DNA from: Vulcanimicrobiota bacterium
Lineage (GTDB): Bacteria > Vulcanimicrobiota > Vulcanimicrobiia > Vulcanimicrobiales > Vulcanimicrobiaceae
DNA: 64,000 nt
Direction: 5' to 3'
Assembly (NCBI GenBank): GCA_963714015.1
Contig: OY970223.1
Span: 320,001-384,000, forward strand
The position numbers and the translations under genes were made by a program. Under the pieces are notes generated by a model. It saw only the letters and a list, made by a program, of their open reading frames with translations. It searched no databases and was not told the DNA's origin. Shown piece by piece: positions 31,834 through 42,109 of this stretch; positions within the stretch are counted from its first letter, which is position 1, and the number at the start of each line of letters is the position of its first letter.

Positions 31834-32210
31834 TGCACGTCCTCTTTCACGTTTTGAATGGTTTGTTCGGGGACGAGGGGCCCTGCATCTTGGATTTTCT
31901 TTTTGCCGGCGAGAGCCAGAATCGCGGTGACGGCTCCCCACATCAGCGTGACGATCAGCGCGGAAAGCCACAACGGCAGTGCGAGCGCAATTGCGATGAT
32001 CAGCAGCGCAGTCAGTGAACCGAGCGTCAGAACCGCCGTAATCGCCGAGCCGCTGAGCATGCCCGCACCCATCCCCGCGGTCTTGGCCTTTTCCGCCATT
32101 TCGCTGCGGGCCAGTTCGAGCTCTTGGCGTACGAGCAATCCCAGGTCTTGGGAAAGCTGCTTTATGGAGCCCGCCAGGCCTTCATTATTTTGTGCGTTCT
32201 CTCCGTTCAT
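31797..32210 (-). CDS. Holin-superfamily III-like (YqjE/YhjD) small membrane protein
   Basis: LVRQELELARSEM, two TM helices, PEQTIQNVKEDVQW. Confidence 0.8.
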   Translation of the reverse strand: MNGENAQNNEGLAGSIKQLSQDLGLLVRQELELARSEMAEKAKTAGMGAGMLSGSAITAVLTLGSLTALLIIAIALALPLWLSALIVTLMWGAVTAILALAGKKKIQDAGPLVPEQTIQNVKEDVQWAQSGIQSGKK

Positions 32211-32248
32211 CGTCGTTGCAAAGCTCCTGTCGACTCTTCCGGGGGCAT

Positions 32249-32327
32249 CTACCCAAGGGGCTGGGTCACCCTAACACCGCGGTAGCCGCTCTTGTCCGTT
32301 GTTTGAATCGTGCGGCACTGTGGGAAA
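32249..32327. promoter_or_regulatory. Divergent SigB/SigF-like promoter pair
   Basis: Minus strand GTTA-N17-GGGTAG (32275-32249); plus strand GTTT-N17-GGGAAA (32301-32327). Confidence 0.45.
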
Positions 32328-32356
32328 CGTTGCATCGACGACAAGGGAGAGTATGC

Positions 32357-32800
32357 ATGCCAGGTAAAGCCAAACGCTCAACGCGCAAATCGACGGCCGG
32401 TTCGAAAAAGCAGTCCAGTAAGAAGACGTCCGGCGTCGGAAAGGCCACGCGCGCTGCGAAAGGCGCGTCGAAGAAAGTCTCGCGGGCGTCGAAAGCCGGA
32501 ACTAAGAAGGTCGCGGCGGCTGCGAAGGGAGCCGGAAAGTCCGTCACCAGCAAAGCCAAAGGCGCAACCAAGAAGGTAACCGCTACGGCAAAACGGGCAG
32601 CGAAAAATCCGCGGCGAACCGTCAGGAAGGCCGCGGCGAACGTCAGCGATACCGCCGGCAAAGCCCGCGTGCTCGGCGAGCAGGTTGTGACGGTCGGCGA
32701 AGTCATTCAACAAACGGCGGACGCCGTCGATGCTTTTGCTCAGCGCGCGGATCAGCGCGTGCGCAAGGCCGGCACGGGGACCAAACGCCGGTCTCGTTGA
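32357..32800 (+). CDS. Lys/Ala-rich, histone-H1-like basic protein
   Basis: GGGAG RBS; ~11-aa repeats AAKGASKKVSR / ASKAGTKKVAA / AAKGAGKSVTS / KAKGATKKVTA. Confidence 0.65.
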   Translation: MPGKAKRSTRKSTAGSKKQSSKKTSGVGKATRAAKGASKKVSRASKAGTKKVAAAAKGAGKSVTSKAKGATKKVTATAKRAAKNPRRTVRKAAANVSDTAGKARVLGEQVVTVGEVIQQTADAVDAFAQRADQRVRKAGTGTKRRSR

Positions 32801-32821
32801 TCGAGTAGAAAGACTTGGCTT

Positions 32822-33277
32822 TTACGTCGCGATCAGGACTTGCGGGGCGAGCTCTTTGATGCGCGTCTCCAGCCACTCTGCTTGACGCACGGTTTGAGAA
32901 GGCAGCGTGTTGCACAACTCCAGCAGCTCGTCGTCGCGCAGCGCTGCAGCGAGCTGCCCCGCGATCGTCCAACCGCCATGGGCGTCGATGACCAGCAAGT
33001 GCAGATCTTGCAGGTCGCGCAGCAATCCGAGTCCGCCTTTGCGCTGTCCCTTGAACAAAACGCCGGCAAGAATGTGCGTGCTGAGCGCCGGTACGCCGGG
33101 AAAGCGCTTTAAGACCGGTTCCAGCGATGCATGATGCTCCCGCGACCAATTTGAGAATATGTGCAGTATCGCAGTCACGTCGGGTTGATCGTTGTGGCGC
33201 TCGGCTACCGATGTGAACGAATCCGTCAAAACCTTTTCGTTTTCCGCGAGCAGACGAAGATGGTTGCCGGCATGCAT
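32822..33277 (-). CDS. Helical hypothetical protein coupled to the molybdoenzyme gene
   Basis: Starts 1 nt after the upstream stop; LGLLRDLQDLHLL...ALRDDELL...APQVL. Confidence 0.7.
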   Translation of the reverse strand: MHAGNHLRLLAENEKVLTDSFTSVAERHNDQPDVTAILHIFSNWSREHHASLEPVLKRFPGVPALSTHILAGVLFKGQRKGGLGLLRDLQDLHLLVIDAHGGWTIAGQLAAALRDDELLELCNTLPSQTVRQAEWLETRIKELAPQVLIAT

Positions 33278-33278
33278 G

Positions 33279-35581
33279 CTATTTCTCCACCGATGAAATT
33301 TGGACGGCCGCGTACTTGAAGTAAGGCTGTTTGCTGACCGGATCCCATTCGGCAATCGTCAATTCATTAGCCGCGCGCGGGCTGTGCTCGTCATCATCGA
33401 AGTACCCATAGTGGAACGGCATGAAGAGCGTGCCGGGCTTGATGATTGCAATGCGGCATCGCGCTCGTGCGCGTCCTCGCCGGGAACGAATCTCCAGCAG
33501 CGCACCTTCTCGAGCACCGTACCGGTCCGCGTCCTCTTGGCTGATCTCGACAAACGCATCGGGCGCCGCCGCGTTGAGTTCACTTGCCCGCGCTGTTTTC
33601 GTCCGCGTATGAAAATGATACACGATTCGCCCCGTTGTTAGGTAGAACGGATAGTCGCTATCGGGCTGCTCGATCGGCGGTTCATAATCAGAGGGCTTGA
33701 TGATTGCCTTGCCGCCCGGATCGAAGGCCTTGTACTTCTGCGGCGTCACGAGCGCCCCGGTCGTGAGATCGTGGCCGTAGTCTTCCGCTCTAGAGAATGC
33801 TGTATTGAATATACCGTCGGTGTACAGCCTTTCGGTTCCGCCGGGCGCGTCTCCATTACAAGGCCATTGGATGCCGGAACCTTCAGAGAGTTTTGCGTAC
33901 GAGAGGCCGGTGTAATCGCAAAAGCGTCCGGCAGTACAGGCTTTCCATGCCTCGAAAGCGCCTTCTGCGTCGTCCCATTTTAGGAGCGGCGCGCCGTCCT
34001 TATCCCGAAAATCCATGCGTCGCGCGTAATCCAGAAAAATGTCAAGGTCCGAACGTGCCTGCCCCGGCGGATCGATGGCTTTGTGCGAAATGTGAACGGT
34101 GCGGTCGGCGTTCGTGTAGGTGCCGGTTTTTTCGCCCCAAATTGCCGCCGGCAGCACGACATCCGCGAACTGCGCCGTCTCCGTCATGAACGCGTCTTGC
34201 ACGACAACGAACAAGTCGCGTTTCTGCAAGATTTTCCGAATGCGGTTCAAATCGGGCAACGTTACCGCCGGATTCGTGGCAACGATCCACAACAGTTTTA
34301 TGGAACCCTCTTCGCAGAACTTCATGATCTGCATGATGTGGGTCGGATGGGCCCAGTGAGGGATATTTTTCGACTCCACGTTCCAGATGCGCGCCAGATC
34401 TTCCATGTCTTCGGCGTTTTGCGGATTGCGGAACGCCGGATATTCGCCGTCGGCCCCGGTCTCACGCGTATTTTGGGCGCTCGGCTGCCCGTTCATTTGA
34501 AAAATGCCGCATCCCGGCTTGCCGATCATCCCGCGAATAATGTGGATGTTGTTCACCTGACACGCCGCCGCCGTGGCCTGATGCGATTGATACACGCCCT
34601 GCAGCGCGGTCGAGACTAGTCGCGGCGACGTGCCGATGATTTCCGCGGCACGCTGAAGATCGTTGAGCGGCACTTCGCAGACCTGTGCCGCTCGTTGCGG
34701 GGTCCACGATTGCACGGTTCTTTCCAAGCCGTCGAATCCGACTGCATGCGCCTCAACGTAATCGCGGTCGAACCAGCCGCGCTCGAGGATGATGTGTATA
34801 ATACCGTTCAGCAGCGCGACGTTCGTTCCTAATCGCGGAGTCAGGTGCACCGTCGCTTTGGATGCGGTTTCGGTCGTTCGCGGATCGACGACGACCAATT
34901 TGGGCGGATTCGAGCCGGCAAAGCCGGTCCAGAATGCGCGACCACAATACCGTTTGCTGCGAAGCCATATTGTGGCCGACTAAAAAGAGTGCATCGGCCG
35001 TGTCCATGTCGGTAAAACTGGCGGGCTGCCCGTCAGAGCCGAAGCTCTCTCGCAAGGCTGCCGCGGCCGTTGCCGTGCACAGGCGCGTGTTGCCGTCCAT
35101 GTGAATCGTGCCGAGGCCTGCTTTACCGATAAGGGTAAGCGTATAATACTCTTCCAAAAATCAGCTGACCGCTGCTGTAAAACGCGATCCCGGCACTTGT
35201 CGATGTAGCGAGAACTTCTTTAGTGCGCTCCGCGATCGCGTTCATCGCGTCGTCCCATGTCGTCTCCCGGTGCGCCTTGCCGCTTCGGACAAGCGGCGCC
35301 CGAAGCCGATCGGCTGCGAGGTTGGCTTCCCATCCGTGCAGGCCCTTAGGCCCGAGCCGGCCCCGGTTTACGCGATCGATCTCGCGTCCTCGTACGCCTA
35401 CAATGCGTCCGTCCCGGACGCCGATATCCATTCCGCATCCGTTCGAGCAAAGAACGCAAGCGGATTGCACCCAGCGCTCCGGAGTTTCAAGTGTTCGCTC
35501 GTCCGTGCGAACGGGCCAATCCCCGAAGTAAGGCGTGCGTTCACCCCAAACGTCCTTGATACTATCTCGGCTCGATGTCAT
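33279..35581 (-). CDS. Molybdopterin oxidoreductase (NasA/NarB-like); two indels (~35161, ~34920)
   Basis: SACVLCSNGCG, NRGRLGPKG, DGNTRLC, VVVDPR, NGQPSAQNTRE, ADVVLPAAIWGEKTGT, LTTGRIVYHFHTRTKT, DPVSKQPYFK. Confidence 0.85.
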
Positions 35582-35645
35582 TGCGTATTACTACCCCGGC
35601 ATGCATTGGTGCATCCCGGCGGTACGGCACAAAAACGCGAGCGAG

Positions 35646-35687
35646 CCACAAGTAAGGTTTTGAGAGATAAATCATACTTACTTGTGG
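35646..35687. repeat. 11-bp inverted repeat in AT-rich DNA upstream of fic
   Basis: CCACAAGTAAG-N20-CTTACTTGTGG. Confidence 0.7.
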
Positions 35688-35726
35688 TTTAATTATCGTT
35701 TTTATGTTTAAAGTGCAACTTATTCT

Positions 35727-37013
35727 ATGGGAAAGTTCGAGCGTCGATCCTGGCTCCCCGAGTTCCGAACTGGACTGCCGCGGCGCGACCGCCAGGGCGG
35801 TTCCTATTCCGTCTACATTCCTGACACACTCGTCGACCGTGCATTTTCTCTGGGCGGCGAAGAAGCGGCGGACGTGGCCGACGCGGAGCGCGTTATCTCG
35901 GATCTCGATCGAACCGCAACGACGCTAGCGCATACGGAAGGTTTGGCGCGTCTGTTGCTGCGCGCAGAGTCGGTTGCATCATCGCATATTGAAGGCTTGG
36001 TAATCGGCCCGCGCCGGTTACTGAGAGCCGATGCTGCACGGCAACACGGCAACGATTCCGGGGATGTCACTGCGGCTGAAGTGCTCGCAAATATTGACGC
36101 TATGGCTTATGCGATGCAAGCGGTGAACGCCGGCGGCGCTATCACGCCGGCACTCCTGCGCGAAACGCATCGGCGCCTGTTTGAACCAACAACGCTCAAA
36201 GATCGCGGCGGCGAGACGCGTAAGCTGCAGAATTGGATCGGCGGCAGCAGTTACAATCCGTGCTCCGCATCCTTCGTTCCCCCGCCGTGGGAAGTGGTCG
36301 ATCCGCTTCTCGATGATCTTTGCGCGTTTTGCAACGATGACTCGCTGCCGACTGTCGCGCAAGCCGCGATCGCACACGCGCAATTTGAGACAATCCACCC
36401 GTTTATCGACGGCAACGGGCGAATTGGACGCGCGCTCATCCACCTCATTTTCCGGCGCCGGAAGCTCACGACAACGGTTTCACCGCCGGTCTCGCTTGTT
36501 TTGGCTACGCGTGTCGAAGACTACATTGCCGGATTGGGTGCTACGCGTTATATTGGCGAACCGGATTCAAAGGAAGCTCGCGATGGCCTCAATGTGTGGC
36601 TTGGCACTTTCGCTGCCGCGTGCACTCGCGCTGCCGGCGATGCAATCGCCTTTCAACAACGGATCTCGGCGATTCAAGACAGGTGGCGCGAGAGACTCGG
36701 CCGCGTCAACCGGCATTCCGTCGTCCTGCGCATCATCGATCTTCTTCCGGGTTCGCCAATCATCACGATTGCGGACGCGCAACGCCTAACCGGCGGCAGT
36801 AAGTCGAGCGTCATCGAAGCGATGCGCCGTCTCGAGGCCGCCGGCGCGATCGCGACACTCACCGCCGGTCGACAACGCGGGCACTCGTATCAAGTGAAGG
36901 ACGTGGTCGACGCATTTATCGATCTCACTCTGATTGGGGCGCCCGTTGCCGAGGTGCCCCAAGGCGTTCTTAGGAAGAACGCGCCGGACGCGGCGCGAAA
37001 CGCAATTTTCTGA
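35727..37013 (+). CDS. Fic family protein (N-terminal inhibitory motif, C-terminal HTH-like region)
   Basis: HPFIDGNGRIGR; SSHIEG matches (S/T)xxxE(G/N). Confidence 0.92.
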   Translation: MGKFERRSWLPEFRTGLPRRDRQGGSYSVYIPDTLVDRAFSLGGEEAADVADAERVISDLDRTATTLAHTEGLARLLLRAESVASSHIEGLVIGPRRLLRADAARQHGNDSGDVTAAEVLANIDAMAYAMQAVNAGGAITPALLRETHRRLFEPTTLKDRGGETRKLQNWIGGSSYNPCSASFVPPPWEVVDPLLDDLCAFCNDDSLPTVAQAAIAHAQFETIHPFIDGNGRIGRALIHLIFRRRKLTTTVSPPVSLVLATRVEDYIAGLGATRYIGEPDSKEARDGLNVWLGTFAAACTRAAGDAIAFQQRISAIQDRWRERLGRVNRHSVVLRIIDLLPGSPIITIADAQRLTGGSKSSVIEAMRRLEAAGAIATLTAGRQRGHSYQVKDVVDAFIDLTLIGAPVAEVPQGVLRKNAPDAARNAIF

Positions 37014-37044
37014 TGCGCTCTAACAGTCGCTAAGGGGAGTCGTT

Positions 37045-37509
37045 ATGCGTTTTGCCGTCCTGTCACTTGCGTTTATTCTCGGCTTTACCGCTGTTGCGGC
37101 CGCGGGCAACGCGGCGCCGCCGCTTCCGCCGCAGCCGAAGGTCCACCCCGCCGGCATTCCGGCCGATGCGATGCTCGTATCACCTTGCGTTCGCGGAATG
37201 GGCGAGCACTGGGCGAACCCCAAGAACCTGCCCCTGGGACCAATCTACGGCACTTACCAGGGCAAGCCGGTGTTCACCGAGATCATGATCGACAAGAAAG
37301 CGTTTGCGGCAGGGCGCAGTGACGTAAACTTGTTGAAGGCGCTGCCCGGCTATCACATCGACCACGTGGACGTCGACTACGTTCCCTATGGTCATGCCGG
37401 ATATCCGATCCCGCATTATGATTTGCACGGCTATTACGTCCCGCACGCTGTTCATGAGCGTTTTTGTCCCAACGGCGAGCGGGAGGTTACCGCACCGATG
37501 GTGCCCTGA
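37045..37509 (+). CDS. Secreted His-rich protein (DUF5602/TTHB210-like)
   Basis: Signal peptide; GMGEHW, DHVDV, GHAGYPIPHYDLH. Confidence 0.6.
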   Translation: MRFAVLSLAFILGFTAVAAAGNAAPPLPPQPKVHPAGIPADAMLVSPCVRGMGEHWANPKNLPLGPIYGTYQGKPVFTEIMIDKKAFAAGRSDVNLLKALPGYHIDHVDVDYVPYGHAGYPIPHYDLHGYYVPHAVHERFCPNGEREVTAPMVP

Positions 37510-37521
37510 GCGAGTAGTCCG

Positions 37522-37866
37522 ATGTTTTTTTCGGTCGAGGATTACATCAAAGCTCAGCCGGCGCGCGCGCAGGATGCGCTAAGGCGCGTGCGTGATGCCA
37601 TTCGTCAAGCGCTGCCCCAAGCTGCTGAAGGCATTTCCTACAATATGCCGACCTACAAAATCGGCGGAGTGACCGTTTTGCAGTTCGCGGCTTGGAAGCA
37701 GCATTATGGTTTGTATCTGTCGACCAAGCCGGTGGTCGAAGTCTTCAAGGACGAGTTGACGGCGTGCAAGATCGAAAAAGGAACGCTTCGCTTCTCGTAC
37801 GCCGATCCGGTTCCGGACCGCCTCATCGGAAGAATAGCCAAGTTTCGCGCCGACTACAAGGCTTGA
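37522..37866 (+). CDS. DUF1801/YdhG family protein
   Basis: SVEDYI...EGISYNMPTY...FAAWKQHYGLY...KGTLRF. Confidence 0.82.
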   Translation: MFFSVEDYIKAQPARAQDALRRVRDAIRQALPQAAEGISYNMPTYKIGGVTVLQFAAWKQHYGLYLSTKPVVEVFKDELTACKIEKGTLRFSYADPVPDRLIGRIAKFRADYKA

Positions 37867-37992
37867 TTAGGTGCTCTTGCCGGCGCCCCCGTAGAATTCA
37901 TTGACGATCGCTTTCGGGCGCTCGAGTACTACAAATATAGTTAAGCCGCTGCGTGGGATTCCAAACATCTGCAGCGGTAAACTTGGCGTACT

Positions 37993-39480
37993 ATGCATCC
38001 CATTGCAGGCAGCGAGAGAAAACCGGTCCATGGCGCCCGCGCCGTCCGAGAGGCGGATCCGCAGGAGCGGGTCGAGGCTACCGTTGTTCTACGGCGCCGT
38101 TCGAGCCCCAAGAAAAAGCGCATGACGCACCACGAATTTGCTTCGCAATGCTGCGCTGATGCAAAAGACCTGGAAGCGATTCGAGCGTTTGCTGCAGCAG
38201 AGGGGCTGCAAATCCTCGGCGAGCATCCCGAACGGCACATCGTCCGTCTTGCCGGAACGGTGCAGCAGTTTAACAAGGCGTTCAACGTCGCTCTGCGGAT
38301 TTTCGAGCATGCAGCCGGCTCGTATCGCGGCAGAACGGGCTCCGTTCACGTGCCGCAAAATCTGCGTGAGATCGTTACTGCGGTGCTGGGCTTAGACAAC
38401 CGCCCGCAAGCGCGTACGCACTTCCGAGTTGCCGTTTCGCCGGCCACCACGTATTCGCCGGTACAGGTGGCATCGTTGTACGATTATCCAACGTCTTCAA
38501 ATGGACAAGGTCAATGCATCGGAATCATCGAGCTTGGCGGCGGCTACGCCGAGTCCGACTTGCAGACGTATTTTTCGGGACTGGGTCTCAAGGTACCGGA
38601 GATCGTCGCCGTACCGGTCGACGGGGCGCAAAATTCTCCGACCGGCCAAGTCGATGGTCCGGACGGTGAGGTGATGCTGGACATCGAGGTCGCCGGCGCC
38701 ATTGCGCAAGGCGCCAAGATCGCCGTCTACTTTGCTCCCAATACGGATGCCGGGTTCTTGGACGCGATCACCACTGCGGTGCACGATACGACGAACAAGC
38801 CGTCGGTGGTATCGATCAGCTGGGGCGGACCCGAATCGTCGTGGACGTCCCAAGCGATGACATCGATGGACAGTGCCTTTCAAGATGCCGGCACGCTGGG
38901 AATCACCGTTTGCTGTTCATCGGGAGACAGCGGCTCGAGCGACGGCGCGTCGAGCGGCAATCAGGTCGACTTTCCTTCGTCGAGTCCGCACGTGCTTGGG
39001 TGCGGCGGCACGAGTCTGCAGAGCGCCGGCGGGAAGATCACTTCGGAAACGGTTTGGAACGACGGGGCCTCCGGCGGTGCGACGGGCGGCGGCGTAAGCA
39101 CGGTTTTTGCGCTGCCTGCTTGGCAGCAAAAACTCTCGGTAACCGAAAACGGCACGGCGGCGCCCTTGCAGATGCGCGGGGTTCCGGACGTCGCCGGAAA
39201 TGCGGACCCCAATACCGGTTACAACGTGCGCGTGGACGGACAAGACGCAGTTTTCGGCGGGACGAGTGCCGTTGCGCCCCTCTGGAGCGCACTCATTGCG
39301 ATTGCCAACGCTTCGCGCAGTTCGACGGTCGGGTTCGTTAACGCTCAGATTTACGGGGACGAAACGGATTTCAACGACATCACGAGTGGAAACAACGGCA
39401 GCTTCTCGGCCGCGAAGGGGTGGGACGCGTGTACCGGCCTCGGATCGCCGAACGGGTCGAAAATCGAAAGCGTGCTGTAA
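37993..39480 (+). CDS. Kumamolisin-like S53 peptidase
   Basis: VLGLDNRPQAR, IIELGGG, DGEVMLDIEV, SISWG, SGDSG, RGVPDVAGNADP, GGTSAVAP, GWDACTGLG. Confidence 0.93.
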   Translation: MHPIAGSERKPVHGARAVREADPQERVEATVVLRRRSSPKKKRMTHHEFASQCCADAKDLEAIRAFAAAEGLQILGEHPERHIVRLAGTVQQFNKAFNVALRIFEHAAGSYRGRTGSVHVPQNLREIVTAVLGLDNRPQARTHFRVAVSPATTYSPVQVASLYDYPTSSNGQGQCIGIIELGGGYAESDLQTYFSGLGLKVPEIVAVPVDGAQNSPTGQVDGPDGEVMLDIEVAGAIAQGAKIAVYFAPNTDAGFLDAITTAVHDTTNKPSVVSISWGGPESSWTSQAMTSMDSAFQDAGTLGITVCCSSGDSGSSDGASSGNQVDFPSSSPHVLGCGGTSLQSAGGKITSETVWNDGASGGATGGGVSTVFALPAWQQKLSVTENGTAAPLQMRGVPDVAGNADPNTGYNVRVDGQDAVFGGTSAVAPLWSALIAIANASRSSTVGFVNAQIYGDETDFNDITSGNNGSFSAAKGWDACTGLGSPNGSKIESVL

Positions 39481-39681
39481 CCGGCGGGCCTGGGCGGCCG
39501 TATGGAACCGAGCGATAATGCCCTTCCATGGTCCATAGGGCTTAAGGCCGGGGCTATATGCAAATTGCACCCTTTACTCGCTCTTAATGCCGCCGTAGAG
39601 TCATAATTACACTGGCTGTGGCGGGCGTGGAGGCGCCCGGCCGGTTTTTGTTCTTGCTGCACTCAGCGATTTAGGAGGCTC

Positions 39682-42087
39682 ATGCGAAGTTTTTCTCGCT
39701 TGACGGCGTCGGCGCTTATGCTGACGCTGTCTTTTACTGCATGCGGCGGCCACGATTCGTCGCTACCAACAGCCCCTCCGGGCGGCCCAACGGGCCAGTC
39801 CGTTTCTCAAACGCCAAGCACGCCGGCGTCCCCCGTCATATCCGTACCGAGAACGTTCGGCGCTCTTGCATTTAGCGATAGTGGACGCCGGCCCGCTAAT
39901 CAGCCGGTCAGAATAGCGCTGACGTTACGCTATAACCATCAGGCCGAACTCGACCGCTTCGTGGCCGAGGTCAGCAATCCGCACTCCGGCATGTACCGGC
40001 ATTTCCTGACGCCCGCGCAGTTCAATGCGTATTACGCTCCGACGGCGCAGCAGGAACAAAGCGTAATGCAAGCACTGCGCAGTGCCGGTTTCACCATTAC
40101 GCAGCGCTATCCGAACCGTACGATCGTCGACGCGACGGCTCCAAGCGGGACGGTCGAGCGATTCTTCAGCACCGAAATCCACACGATGCAGCAAGGCAAG
40201 TACGGCACGCGGTACGCCAACGTCAAGCCGGCGACCGTGCCAGCCTCCATATCGCCCTATATCTTGACTGCTTCGCTCAGCAACCTCGTCGTCGCACGCA
40301 CTCAAGTCGATCAGGACGGCGGCGTCGTACACAACCCGCAAAACATTGTGGTGACGCGTACCAAGCAGCAGAACCCCGGGAACCCGAACGAGTTGCCCGC
40401 ATCGATGCGCAAGTACGCCTCGGGCTGCAGCGGACAGTTGCTGCTCAATCCGGGTTTCGAATCCGGCGATGTCGACTGGAGCGATCCGAACGGCGACATC
40501 TACGATTACTACCCCTACGCCTACCAGGGCAACTGGTTCACGTGGATCGACGGATACGATTATCCGGTGACCGATCCGGGCGTGACGCAGACGGTCAACA
40601 TTCCGTCGGGCTGCACTGCAACGCTAAGCTACTATCTCTTCGTCGGAAGCAATGAACCCAATACACCGACCGACTACTTCTATGTAACCGTCAACGGCAC
40701 GACGGTTCAATCGTTCAATAACACGACGAACACCGGCGGCGGCTACGTCAAGAAGAGCGTGAGCCTCTCGTCCTACGCCGGACACAGCGCGACGATCAAG
40801 TTCTACGGCGTCCAAAACGGATCGCAAACGACGAACTTCTTCATCGACACGACCGCGGTGACACTGAGCGGTGGAGGATCACCGTCGCCGTCACCCTCGC
40901 CGACGCACTCACCGTCGCCGACACCTTCGCCGTCGCACTCACCGTCGCCGACGCCCTCACCGACACACTCACCGTCGCCGACGCCCTCACCGACACACTC
41001 CCCTTCACCCACACCTTCGCCGACGGCAACTCCGTCCGGCGGCTGCAACGCTTCGGCGCCTGACAGCGGACCCTTCACGAACTCTTCCGGAACGCTGGCG
41101 ACCGGCGTGGCGGATCCGTTCGACTTCCCGGTTCAGCACGGATGTAACGGCGCGGGCTACACCGCGGCCGTCATCATCGACGATCCGGTCAACACCAGCT
41201 ACGTGAAGACTTATCTTTCCGCAGCCGGCGTGACGCAGACCGGCACGATCACCAATGAAGCCGTCGACGGCGGCGGCAGCGGCGACGACGCCGAGACCGA
41301 CCTGGACGTCCAGACGATCTCGGGACTGGCGCCGGGCGCCAATATCATCGTCTACGACATGGGATCGCTTGCCGATCAGAACATCGAAGACGCTTATAAC
41401 AAGGCGCTCAGCGACGGAAAAGCGAGCGCGGTGAACTCCTCGTTCGGCGGATGCGAATCCAGCGATCCGTCATTCGAATCGGCGACCAACTCCATCGCGC
41501 AGCAAGGCGCGTCGGAAGGCGTCGAATTCTCCGCATCGGCCGGTGACTCCGGAAGCAACGAATGCAGCGGCAGCAAGGGCGTAAGCGCACCTGCCGGCGA
41601 TCCGTACTTCACTTCCATCGGCGGCGTGAACTTCACGTACAACAGCAGCGGCGTACTGACCAGCGTGACCATGGGCAGCGAAAGCGGCTACTCCGGCGGC
41701 GGCGGCGTTTCGACGATCGTTCCGCTTCCGAGCTGGCAGAGCGGCATCGCCGGCATGATCACGTCCGGCCGTAACCAGCCCGACATTTCGCTGCCGTTCG
41801 ATCCGGTTGCGGTCTACACCGGCGGCGCGTGGGGGGATTACCTCGGCACGTCGTGGTCTTCACCCGCATCGGTCGCACTCTTCATCGAAGCAGATCAACT
41901 GCATGGTTCGAAGCTCGGATGGCTCAATCAGACGATCTACAGCCTGTTCTCGTCGACTGGGTATAACGATTACTTCACGCCCTGCACTTCGGGAAGTAAC
42001 GGCGCGTACTCGTGCAACGCCAGCGAGTATAATCAAGCCGCCGGCATCGGCGCTCCGAAAGGCTGGGCACTAGCGAACGCGCTGTAA
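39682..42087 (+). CDS. Lipoprotein S53 peptidase with an inserted beta-sandwich domain and Pro/Ser/Thr linker
   Basis: GGAGG RBS; lipobox FTAC; propeptide YRHFLTPAQF; QLLLNPGFESG...FFIDTTAV insert; ETDLDVQ, SAGDSG, RNQPDIS, GTSWSSP. Confidence 0.87.
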   Translation: MRSFSRLTASALMLTLSFTACGGHDSSLPTAPPGGPTGQSVSQTPSTPASPVISVPRTFGALAFSDSGRRPANQPVRIALTLRYNHQAELDRFVAEVSNPHSGMYRHFLTPAQFNAYYAPTAQQEQSVMQALRSAGFTITQRYPNRTIVDATAPSGTVERFFSTEIHTMQQGKYGTRYANVKPATVPASISPYILTASLSNLVVARTQVDQDGGVVHNPQNIVVTRTKQQNPGNPNELPASMRKYASGCSGQLLLNPGFESGDVDWSDPNGDIYDYYPYAYQGNWFTWIDGYDYPVTDPGVTQTVNIPSGCTATLSYYLFVGSNEPNTPTDYFYVTVNGTTVQSFNNTTNTGGGYVKKSVSLSSYAGHSATIKFYGVQNGSQTTNFFIDTTAVTLSGGGSPSPSPSPTHSPSPTPSPSHSPSPTPSPTHSPSPTPSPTHSPSPTPSPTATPSGGCNASAPDSGPFTNSSGTLATGVADPFDFPVQHGCNGAGYTAAVIIDDPVNTSYVKTYLSAAGVTQTGTITNEAVDGGGSGDDAETDLDVQTISGLAPGANIIVYDMGSLADQNIEDAYNKALSDGKASAVNSSFGGCESSDPSFESATNSIAQQGASEGVEFSASAGDSGSNECSGSKGVSAPAGDPYFTSIGGVNFTYNSSGVLTSVTMGSESGYSGGGGVSTIVPLPSWQSGIAGMITSGRNQPDISLPFDPVAVYTGGAWGDYLGTSWSSPASVALFIEADQLHGSKLGWLNQTIYSLFSSTGYNDYFTPCTSGSNGAYSCNASEYNQAAGIGAPKGWALANAL
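40879..41026 (+). repeat. Coding tandem repeat, about 5 x 30 bp (SPSPTPSPTH)
   Basis: tcaccgtcgccgacgccctcaccgacacac-like units in frame. Confidence 0.9.
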
Positions 42088-42109
42088 CGCTCGCACCGCA
42101 CTTCGCCTG

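Noticed and set aside
31797..32210. Holin as evidence of a prophage
   Set aside because: This family is commonly chromosomal beside yihY; no phage genes nearby.
40879..41026. Possible CRISPR-like repeat
   Set aside because: In-frame Pro/Ser/Thr linker with no spacers; no cas genes in the window.
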